From: a virus
Strand: one strand, 5' to 3'
DNA length: 64,000 nt
IMG/VR virus record: IMGVR_UViG_3300035696_000013
Coordinates: 68,624 to 132,623 of that record
The notes beneath the pieces are model-generated. The model did no database searches, was not told the origin of the DNA, and saw only the letters and a program-made list of their open reading frames with translations. Positions 19,428 through 26,875 of the stretch are shown here, in pieces. The translations under genes and the position numbers were made by a program. Position 1 is the stretch's first letter. Each line of letters starts with the position of its first letter.

Positions 19428-19657
19428 GGAGAAAGCGGGACCAGTAGGTTCTAAATTCTTCCCCCGAAATTGGTGACGACCTGCTTAAGGGTTGCGCAGC
19501 CCAAGTTGCCGAGGACGGGATTATAGTCCACTGTAAGAGCAGGGGTTTCTAGAGCCTTGTGGTGGACAGATAACTAAGCTAAGGTATGGAACATCAGACG
19601 CCAAATTGCGGCGTCGAGGAAGCAGGGTTAGTGAAGATGCTGACCCTGCTTTTTCTT
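19428..19657 (+). ncRNA. stand-alone ~230-nt structured RNA
   Basis: lies between the promoter at 19391-19421 and the terminator at 19621-19657; nested stems; no good + strand ORF. Confidence 0.55.
19621..19657 (+). terminator. intrinsic terminator
   Basis: AGCAGGGTTAGT-gaagat-GCTGACCCTGCT followed by TTTTCTTT. Confidence 0.85.
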
Positions 19658-19672
19658 TTAGAAAGAATTTCT

Positions 19673-19703
19673 TTACCTGATTTTTCAACTTTCCACGTAT
19701 TAT
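19673..19703 (+). promoter_or_regulatory. phage promoter of tRNA array 2
   Basis: TTACCTGA-N16-GTATTAT. Confidence 0.7.
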
Positions 19704-19815
19704 TAGAACGACAGGCCAGAATTTCCGTCCAGCAATAGAGCGCAAGCGGATATTGCACTGGATCGGCGATCAGCGGAAGAGGACCAGCCATCCTTACTGA
19801 GCCTGAGAGTAAAAT

Positions 19816-19878
19816 ATGCGATTTATGAACCCAATGATGCGACCGCCTATGTCGCTCGGGGATGGTACTGGTGGTTAA
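19816..19878 (+). CDS. leader peptide MRFMNPMMRPPMSLGDGTGG (putative attenuator of the Pro/Met/Phe tRNA array)
   Basis: 5 Met, Pro CCA/CCG/CCT and Phe TTT in the first 12 codons; 3' half pairs with the downstream hairpin arm. Confidence 0.65.
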   Translation: MRFMNPMMRPPMSLGDGTGG

Positions 19879-19998
19879 TCATGTTTTGTGGTGATGATTA
19901 GCTCCTCAATGCCCCGAGCCGGAAATGGCTGCGGGGTTCCGCCTAAGTAGTTCCCTCCTGCAGTAATTTCCTAGCTCGGTTGAAAAGTTTAGATTTCT

Positions 19999-20072
19999 CG
20001 CGGAATCTTATAACGGAAGTATACACGCGTCGGAAGCGTGAGGTGGGAGTTCGATTCTCCCTTCTGCGACCA
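19999..20072 (+). tRNA. tRNA-Pro(CGG)
   Basis: CGCGGAA/TTCTGCG, CACGC-GTCGGAA-GCGTG, CCA. Confidence 0.8.
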
Positions 20073-20077
20073 AGTTT

Positions 20078-20164
20078 CGGGGTGTAGGCAGGTAAATGGT
20101 AGCCTTCCTGCTTTGGAGGCAGGTGTCAATTATGACCTTGGAGGTTCGAGTCCTCTCACCCCGA
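20078..20164 (+). tRNA. tRNA-Pro(TGG) with long variable arm
   Basis: CGGGGTG/CACCCCG, CCTGC-TTTGGAG-GCAGG, GTTCGA; CCA not encoded. Confidence 0.8.
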
Positions 20165-20208
20165 CTTTCGTGACTTCTTGAGTATTAGTAGAATGCTCAA
20201 GAAGGTTC

Positions 20209-20859
20209 ATGATAATGTACACTGTCTATAAAACAGTGAATTTAGTCAATGGTAAGTTCTACATCGGAGTCCATAAAACGGACAATCCGAATGATGACTA
20301 TCTCGGAAGCGGGAAGCTCATCATACGAGCCATTGAGAAGTATGGTCTTCAAAATTTCCAGAAAATCATTTTGGAGACATTTGATGATTTAAGATCAGCA
20401 TTCAAAATGGAAGAAGAACTTGTAGCAAAAGAATTAGGATTGCCTGGTTGCTACAATCTTCGTAAAGGTGGAGAAGGTGGATTTGATTGGATAAATCAAA
20501 AGAATCTCCATAGTACAAAAGAAGGATTAAAACGAATTCGAGAGTTGCAGGAAAAAGATCCTAATTTCTGGGATCAAATTTGTAAAAAGCGTAGTATGGA
20601 TAATCCCGATTGGGTAAAAGCTTGTTCAGAGAGAATAACTACTTTTGGAAGATCAAAAATTTTTAAAGGGCATAAGCATTCTTTAGAAGCTTTAAAGAAG
20701 ATTTCTGAAAAAGCAAAGATGCAAAAAGGCAAGCGCAATTCTCAATTCGGAACTTGTTGGATTTACAAAGATAACATAGAGCGAAAAATTAAGGTTGCTG
20801 ATTTGGCGATGTTTCTATCAAATGGATGGAAACAAGGTCGTAGAAGTTACAGGGCATAG
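20209..20859 (+). CDS. GIY-YIG (Seg-like) homing endonuclease
   Basis: VYKTVNLVNGKFYIGVH, YLGSG, YNLRKGGEGG, NUMOD-like GHKHS. Confidence 0.88.
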   Translation: MIMYTVYKTVNLVNGKFYIGVHKTDNPNDDYLGSGKLIIRAIEKYGLQNFQKIILETFDDLRSAFKMEEELVAKELGLPGCYNLRKGGEGGFDWINQKNLHSTKEGLKRIRELQEKDPNFWDQICKKRSMDNPDWVKACSERITTFGRSKIFKGHKHSLEALKKISEKAKMQKGKRNSQFGTCWIYKDNIERKIKVADLAMFLSNGWKQGRRSYRA

Positions 20860-20926
20860 CTTAGTCTGGTAAAGCGCGTGCTTGGGGTGCACGAGAGCGG
20901 AGGTTCAAATCCTCTTGCCCTGACCA
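20850..20926 (+). tRNA. tRNA-Pro(GGG)
   Basis: CAGGGCA/TGCCCTG, TTGGGGT loop, CCA. Confidence 0.9.
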
Positions 20927-20940
20927 AGTTTAGTTGTTGT

Positions 20941-21011
20941 GCCTCGCGATAGTCTGGAGAAGTTCGTAGCGGCTCTACGAATAGCTGGGTCAGAACCAGC
21001 GCGGGGAGCCA
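20941..21011 (+). ncRNA. aberrant tRNA-like RNA ending in CCA
   Basis: CCTCGC/GCGGGG acceptor, TTCGTAG/CTACGAA arm, GCTGG/CCAGC T-like arm, non-canonical loops. Confidence 0.5.
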
Positions 21012-21016
21012 AGTTT

Positions 21017-21093
21017 CGGAAAGTGGCTCAGCCTGGAAGAGCACACGCTTTGGGAGCGTGGGGTCGCGGGTTCAAATCCCGCCTTTCCGACCA
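21017..21093 (+). tRNA. tRNA-Pro(TGG)
   Basis: CGGAAAG/CTTTCCG, TTTGGGA loop, CCA. Confidence 0.92.
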
Positions 21094-21135
21094 AAGTTTG
21101 GTCAATCTCTAAGTATTAAACATTGGGAGATTGAA

Positions 21136-21624
21136 ATGGAACATGTACCGGGTATTGGGAAGATCACGGTTACAACGATAACGGGAGATCAACCCAAATG
21201 GGATTCTTCGAATCCCGATCCTGATTTTCGATATCGTGGGGCAGAAGGTACATTTGTAGACGAATGGCTGGCTCAGCATCCGGCTAGTGAGGAAGAAGCT
21301 GTAGAAGGTCTGACTTCAGATCGTCTAAAGGTAGCTTCAGGAGCCGGATACACACGAGGATTCGAAAAGGAAGCGGCTGAGATCTCAAGATACGGCTCTA
21401 TGGAAGAGTTTTATGCTTCGTTTGAGCATTGTGACTTCTTTGCCGATATGCCTGAGATTCCGTTCAAGTATCAGTTCTTAGTGGAGATGCACAGACGAGG
21501 TCGTTTGAGAAATTACGAACTGAATGAAGAGATTAAGGAAGCAAGTAGTAAACGTCAAATTACTCCTGCTGTAGAGCCGAAAAAGGCTCCAGTGATAAAT
21601 TTGGCAGCTGATTTTGATTTTTAG
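21136..21624 (+). CDS. hypothetical protein within the tRNA array
   Basis: GGGAG SD inside a hairpin; ATG at 21136. Confidence 0.6.
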   Translation: MEHVPGIGKITVTTITGDQPKWDSSNPDPDFRYRGAEGTFVDEWLAQHPASEEEAVEGLTSDRLKVASGAGYTRGFEKEAAEISRYGSMEEFYASFEHCDFFADMPEIPFKYQFLVEMHRRGRLRNYELNEEIKEASSKRQITPAVEPKKAPVINLAADFDF

Positions 21625-21627
21625 TAT

Positions 21628-21701
21628 GTCGGTATAGTTCAATGGTAGATCTGCGGTCTCATAAGCCGACGACAGAGGTTCGATTCCTCTTACCGATACC
21701 A
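21628..21701 (+). tRNA. tRNA-Met/Ile2(CAT)
   Basis: GTCGGTA/TACCGAT, CTCATAA loop, CCA. Confidence 0.85.
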
Positions 21702-21742
21702 AACTTTCTTTTTTGTTTTGTCAGATTAAGTAATAGACGTTT

Positions 21743-21819
21743 GCCGTCGTAGCTCAAGGTGCATAGAGCATCTGATATTTAATCAGAGGGTTGAAAGGCG
21801 CTACTTTCCGACGGCTCCA
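21743..21819 (+). tRNA. atypical tRNA-Lys(TTT)-like
   Basis: GCCGTCG/CGACGGC, TCTGA-TATTTAA-TCAGA (A33), T-loop GCGCTA lacks TTC; CCA. Confidence 0.55.
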
Positions 21820-21901
21820 AGTTTAAGGAGGAGATTCATGGCTACACCGGACATCACTACCCATACTGCGTAAAGTGTGGGCAGTCGGAAAGGTAAAGTC
21901 A

Positions 21902-22201
21902 ATGAATCATCCTCGCAGTCGCAGAGAGCGTCGTGCTGTACGCGAAGAAATTATACAGCATCGTAAGTGGATCGTTACCCGAATTTGGCACCGTGGCTCG
22001 TATTATAGTAGCAATGAGCGGGAACGAGAATGGCTCAGAAATTTTGAGTGGGGCAAGTACGCAAAGTACAATTTAAATTGCGGATGCTCAATGTGCCATT
22101 ATAGCAAGTATTATTCATGTAAGCGCAGACGTCGTTGCGCACTGAATAGAGCTAATTCACAGGCGGAATTTCGCCGGATGGATAAGTTAGCAGGACGGTA
22201 G
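21902..22201 (+). CDS. Arg-rich basic protein with CxCxxC
   Basis: RSRRERR, CGCSMCH; preceded by a uORF at 21838-21873. Confidence 0.6.
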   Translation: MNHPRSRRERRAVREEIIQHRKWIVTRIWHRGSYYSSNEREREWLRNFEWGKYAKYNLNCGCSMCHYSKYYSCKRRRRCALNRANSQAEFRRMDKLAGR

Positions 22202-22372
22202 CGATGAGCATTTTGACAATGCAAGAGAAGTTGCAAAAGACTCTTGAACTTTTTGGCGTCACTAGTATCAAGAGGATAGAACAAAGAAATGGAGATTTCT
22301 TTATTCATCGTATTGACGGTACGAATTGGGTGATCCGTCAAGGAAGTGGCGGCGTAAAGGCTTGTTAAGTTT

Positions 22373-22416
22373 TCGTGATGGCATATAGCTGAACTGGTCC
22401 GAATCCAGCATCACGA
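22373..22416 (+). ncRNA. mini tRNA-like RNA lacking an anticodon arm
   Basis: TCGTGATG/CATCACGA stem plus CTGG-TCCGAAT-CCAG T arm. Confidence 0.5.
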
Positions 22417-22505
22417 TAAAACTTTAGCAACTGGAACAGGAGGTGCCGGGATGCCAAACGAACCGGGACAAGTTTCCAGGTGCAAAGTTTAGCATGATTT
22501 CTGAC

Positions 22506-22589
22506 TGCGGGGACGTGCTCCGGGTGCACGTGAGACTCATAACCTCACGCCTTTGGCAAAGTGGCGTTCGATTCCCACCCCCGCTACCA
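22506..22589 (+). tRNA. tRNA-Met(CAT), initiator-like, extended variable loop
   Basis: 1:72 mismatch, GCGGGG/CCCCGC, CTCATAA, CCA. Confidence 0.75.
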
Positions 22590-22599
22590 AAATTTCTAT

Positions 22600-22677
22600 C
22601 GCGGAGTAGAGCAGCCAGGACAGCTTGCCTGCCCCATAAGCAGGAGGTCGGTGGTTCGAATCCATCCTCCGCAACCA
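22600..22677 (+). tRNA. tRNA-fMet(CAT)-like
   Basis: C1:A72 mismatch, CGCGGAG start, CCTGC-CCCATAA-GCAGG (C33), CCA. Confidence 0.85.
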
Positions 22678-22703
22678 AGGTTTGGTACACCATATTTAAA
22701 AGT

Positions 22704-23335
22704 TCCGGTTGGCCAGAGATGCCAAGCACCTCTGAGAGACGCTGGCGTCTCGCGCTAACCGAATCAATTTCGCTAGTGCTGTGACATTACAGCTTGTTTG
22801 CAGTGCACGTGGCAACCGGGCCGCACATCCGGACTAGCGATTTCTAGTTTGTGCGTCATGGGAGAACCGATGCCAAGAAATTATTGGTAAGTTTCCATGG
22901 ACTCGGCGGTACGAGAGCAGTAAATAAAATTGAATCCCTGGTATCCAGGCAACAAGATCGGTGGCAGACTTACAGGTAATCAATCCTGGTGCCTCGCCTT
23001 AATGGAAAAGCATCCAGCCGTCGCTCGTTGTCTGAATATCAGGGATTTGATTCGCTGCTCTTGGAATTTGTAGGTTTCCTGCTTCCTAAAAGCAGGTGGC
23101 GGAGTGGTCGGCGTGAGCGTTTCCTACTTCGTAAAAGTAGGTGATGGACCGATGTATCGTAGCCCCGTTTTTCACTTCGTAAAAGTGAAGATAGTCCCAG
23201 CCCTAATAATGACTGGGTGGTTGCTAAACCCCGCACGTTTCCAGACGTAAACTGGATGGTGGAGGCGACCTGAGAAATCGGGTCGCCCCAGTAGTTTTGG
23301 TGAAAGTTATGAATCGCAAACGCTACACAACCGGA
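22704..23335 (+). ncRNA. large structured non-coding region (one large RNA or an array of small RNAs)
   Basis: 630 nt with no credible ORF, dense stems and repeated hairpin motifs, between tRNA-fMet and tRNA-Phe. Confidence 0.6.
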
Positions 23336-23380
23336 GAACGCTTTAGTTGCTAACTCAGCAATTAAGTCGGTAGTCTGTGT

Positions 23381-23456
23381 CCGGTGGTAGCTGATGTGGT
23401 CTTAGCGTCGGTCTGAAAAACCGAAGATGGGAGTTCGATTCTCCCCCACCGGGCCA
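23381..23456 (+). tRNA. tRNA-Phe(GAA)
   Basis: CCGGTGG/CCACCGG, TCGGT-CTGAAAA-ACCGA, CCA. Confidence 0.9.
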
Positions 23457-23494
23457 AATCTTCTTCCTCAAGTTTACCCAGTATTACAGTCGAT

Positions 23495-24265
23495 ATGAAT
23501 CATTCCTTTGATCCAACTTGGAAAGTAGTTCCTATCTGTGATTATCAAAAGCTGGATGTTCGTCCCGAAGATCTCTTAAACAATGGTGATTTTCGCAAAT
23601 GCGAGACTTATCGAGGTGGCGGAGGATATGATCAGTTTCCTGCCATTTGTGAAAAACGATTTGGTATCCGTGCTCACGCTCAATTTGTTGTTCAACTTTA
23701 TGGTTGTAATTTAGATTGTCCTTACTGTTATGTCACTCGTTCGGGTGTATGGGGAAAGTGGAAATCCTATACAACTGAAGGACTAGTCCAAGCTTACAAA
23801 GACAGCGAACAGCAGATTTTCCATCTTATGGGAGGAGCGCCAGCAATCTATCTGAATCAATGGCCAGACTTGATTCTAGCTCTTCCCGATACAGCTATTT
23901 TTCATTCAGATTTCTTGCTAACAGAACACAAATACGACGAGAATATACTGCAAGTTCTTCGTTCGTTACAGACAGAACGCAAGATGTTATTCGCTGTGGA
24001 TATCAAGGGTGTAACGCCTGACAATTATGAAAGGAACACTCGTAAGTTGTTTAAATACAGCTTGTTCTGGGACAATCTGAGTAAGCTCGTAGACAATAAA
24101 ATTAACTTCTATCTCACTTTCACTAATCCGGATGAGAATTACTTACCCCTGTTTAAACTTTTCTTAGAAGGAGCGTTTGGAAGTCAGATATTAGACGACA
24201 GTTTTGTCATTTCTCTCATTCAATATCATACTGCTCCGTTTGTTGATTTCTTACCTATGAAATGA
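23495..24265 (+). CDS. radical SAM protein
   Basis: GCNLDCPYC (CxxxCxxC), LMGGAP. Confidence 0.75.
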   Translation: MNHSFDPTWKVVPICDYQKLDVRPEDLLNNGDFRKCETYRGGGGYDQFPAICEKRFGIRAHAQFVVQLYGCNLDCPYCYVTRSGVWGKWKSYTTEGLVQAYKDSEQQIFHLMGGAPAIYLNQWPDLILALPDTAIFHSDFLLTEHKYDENILQVLRSLQTERKMLFAVDIKGVTPDNYERNTRKLFKYSLFWDNLSKLVDNKINFYLTFTNPDENYLPLFKLFLEGAFGSQILDDSFVISLIQYHTAPFVDFLPMK

Positions 24266-24441
24266 ATTTCTACTTGATAGGTAGGAGGCACCTTTCTATG
24301 CTATCTATCTTTAAATTGGCACTTGAGTTAGTCGTTGCAGCTATTTTTGTAATAGCGGGCATCAAATTGGGCGCAAAATATCCCACTCTTTCAGCAAAAG
24401 TTAACACACTTTTGAGTTGGGCCAAGAAAGAAGTCTAATCG

Positions 24442-24672
24442 ATGTTGGCGCTTCTTCAAAGTGCAGCAGAAGTTGCAGCAAAACATAAGGCTGATCTTGA
24501 CGATCGTATTTTGCATTATGCCTTATTTGCTGGAGGAGCATTTGCTGTTTCCTTTTTCAAGATAGGATTCGATTACATAGCAAAACGCACTTGGGATAAA
24601 ATTGACGAAGAAGCTAAAGACATTAAAGAATTCAGGGCATGGAAGAAAGCCGGAAAGCCGAAAGCATCTTAA
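24442..24672 (+). CDS. small membrane protein
   Basis: single TM and basic tail. Confidence 0.5.
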   Translation: MLALLQSAAEVAAKHKADLDDRILHYALFAGGAFAVSFFKIGFDYIAKRTWDKIDEEAKDIKEFRAWKKAGKPKAS

Positions 24673-24683
24673 GGAGATAAATT

Positions 24684-25034
24684 ATGGCTCGCACACTTAT
24701 TCAAGCAACTTTAAACACTCTTGCTACTACGGGAGCTAGTTCGCCTCAATTGGACGCAACATTTACTCCTGCTGATCCTGTAAGTTTTAACATGTTTACG
24801 GCTACAGGGCGCGACATTCTAGTCATTTGGAATTCTGATACCAATCCGCATACTTTTACACTGCACTCTGCTCCTGATGCTGCTGGTCGCATTGCTGATG
24901 TAGTTAACTATCCTGTTCTTGCAGGAGCATATGCTCAAGTAATCATTCCCGCGTCTGCATTGTTTACACAGACAGACGGCAATGTTTACATCGATGCTGA
25001 TTCTGCTCTTGTAAAATTCCTACTAACACACTAA
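24684..25034 (+). CDS. putative virion structural protein
   Basis: AAGGAG SD; beta-rich Ala/Thr composition. Confidence 0.55.
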   Translation: MARTLIQATLNTLATTGASSPQLDATFTPADPVSFNMFTATGRDILVIWNSDTNPHTFTLHSAPDAAGRIADVVNYPVLAGAYAQVIIPASALFTQTDGNVYIDADSALVKFLLTH

Positions 25035-25264
25035 TTTTAGGGAACTACTTGTGGGAAGAACCCTAGCGTAGCAGGGAGTTCGCTGGGCGCACTTCTTCCT
25101 AAAACTCTATGAGTATAGATGGCACCACAAGATAGGAAACCTGCGCCATTTTTCGCTAGTTAAAGCAACAAAAACGTTAGAAGCAGTATTATTCGAATGC
25201 AGTAAAACCAACTGACTTTAAGCAATTGGGTGTTTAGTCAGTACACCGTTAAAGGAGAACGTCC

Positions 25265-26221
25265 GTGGTATATCGTAAACAATTAGTAGCATGCGTCAAA
25301 GTCAACGGTCAAATTTTGCGCGAGACCGATGACACTGTAACAATCCCCTTTGGATCTGAATATTCAATCCTACTGAAAAACCTTAACTCTGTTCGTGTTC
25401 AAGTGAAAGTATCTGTTGATGGTACAGATGCTACTGAAGGCACTTGGCTTGTTATTCAACCAAACTCCAGTCTTGAACTAGAACGCTTTATTCGCAATGG
25501 TAATTTGCAGGCGGGCAACCGATTCAAATTCATTCATCGCAGTAAAGAAATTGAAAAACATCGTGGTCTTAAATCTGATGATGGTCTAATCCGTATCGAG
25601 TACATGACTGAAAAAGTTACTCGGACGGAAGATGTTACAGTTCGCCGTCATTACTATGACGACTATCACTACTGGCCTACCATTTATCCGCATTACCCTT
25701 GGCCTTATAAGTACTGGTGGGACTATCCTTACAATCCTAATGTTGTTTACACTTCCACGCTCGGTTCTGTTGAAACTTCGGGAAACATTTCGTCTGCTAA
25801 TTGCGGATCAAATAATGTAGATGTAAATTGTTCTGTCGGAGCAGCCGGATTGAGTTCTAGCAACTTTACCTCGCATGTGAATAACAATTCCAGCTTCAGT
25901 GGTCAAGGTGTAATGAAGTCAGCTTCAGCACGATCTTTGCGCTCTTCACAGAAGAATGAAGTTCGTGAATCTCCAATTGATGACTCGGGTATCACGGTTC
26001 CTGGCAGCGAGAGCTTCCAGCAATTTCATCACACTGGTGCTTTCCTTGTGCATGAGCAGAGCGAAGTTATTGTTCTGCGTCTGCGTGGTGAAGTTGGTGG
26101 AAAAGTAGTTGCCAAAGCTGTGACCGTTAAGAGTAAGCCGCGTTGCACAAGTTGTGGCAAATCAAATCGAGGCTCAAGTAAGTATTGTGCCAGCTGTGGT
26201 ACTGCACTTGAAATAATCTAA
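25265..26221 (+). CDS. hypothetical protein with C-terminal double zinc ribbon
   Basis: AAGGAG SD; CTSC..CASCG; terminator at about 26225-26260. Confidence 0.7.
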   Translation: MVYRKQLVACVKVNGQILRETDDTVTIPFGSEYSILLKNLNSVRVQVKVSVDGTDATEGTWLVIQPNSSLELERFIRNGNLQAGNRFKFIHRSKEIEKHRGLKSDDGLIRIEYMTEKVTRTEDVTVRRHYYDDYHYWPTIYPHYPWPYKYWWDYPYNPNVVYTSTLGSVETSGNISSANCGSNNVDVNCSVGAAGLSSSNFTSHVNNNSSFSGQGVMKSASARSLRSSQKNEVRESPIDDSGITVPGSESFQQFHHTGAFLVHEQSEVIVLRLRGEVGGKVVAKAVTVKSKPRCTSCGKSNRGSSKYCASCGTALEII

Positions 26222-26279
26222 CCGAAAAGAGGGGCAGAGAGTACCTCTGTCCCTTTCTTTCCCACGGTATTAAAGCTAC

Positions 26280-26663
26280 ATGGGATACCCGTGTCCGTCC
26301 GCTCAAGCCGAACTTATTACTCAAGCGATCTACAATACAAAATTTCGATTCTGTAACGAAATTACACTGCAGAGAGGAATCGCTAATGTATTGCAAGGCT
26401 TGAACTTAGAATTCCAACGCGAAGTAAAGCTAACACCCAAAGATAGGATTGATTTTCTTGTCGGGGATTCACAAAAAATAGGTATTGAAGTTAAAGTAAG
26501 TGTAGGATTAGCCGTAGTAACCCGGCAACTTTGGAGATACGCTGATTGCCCCGAAGTGGCTGAATTAATCTTAGTAACAACGCGATGGCAACATCAACAG
26601 TTACCTGCAGAAATGAAAGGAAAATCAATCTCTGTAGTTTACTTGATTAACAGCTTCCTATGA
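26280..26663 (+). CDS. PD-(D/E)xK-like nuclease
   Basis: FQREV..DRIDFLV..IGIEVK..QLWRYA. Confidence 0.65.
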   Translation: MGYPCPSAQAELITQAIYNTKFRFCNEITLQRGIANVLQGLNLEFQREVKLTPKDRIDFLVGDSQKIGIEVKVSVGLAVVTRQLWRYADCPEVAELILVTTRWQHQQLPAEMKGKSISVVYLINSFL

Positions 26664-26875
26664 TCATACCATTCCCTAAGAAGAAAGCCGATTTAAGCCT
26701 TAAACCAGCATTGAAACCAATGTGTGCATATCCCGAATGTTCCAATCGAGCCGAATGGCTTTATAATTCACCTGGTTTTGGCAATGGGCCTGTGATTAAA
26801 CCTGTTTGTGGTAAGTGTCGTGCCGAAATTATCAAACTGGTTCCTTACTGTGTAGGAAATTTTTCGCCTCTATGA
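26660..26875 (+). CDS. small Zn-finger protein
   Basis: CAYPEC..CGKC. Confidence 0.5.
   Translation: MIIPFPKKKADLSLKPALKPMCAYPECSNRAEWLYNSPGFGNGPVIKPVCGKCRAEIIKLVPYCVGNFSPL

Noticed and set aside
22443-22784. ORFs over tRNA regions (also 15501-15938, 16327-16569, 20847-21044)
   Set aside because: They overlap well-formed tRNAs and are translation artefacts.
25059-25090. SRP RNA
   Set aside because: Lacks the conserved CAGG-GNRA-AGCA domain IV arrangement.
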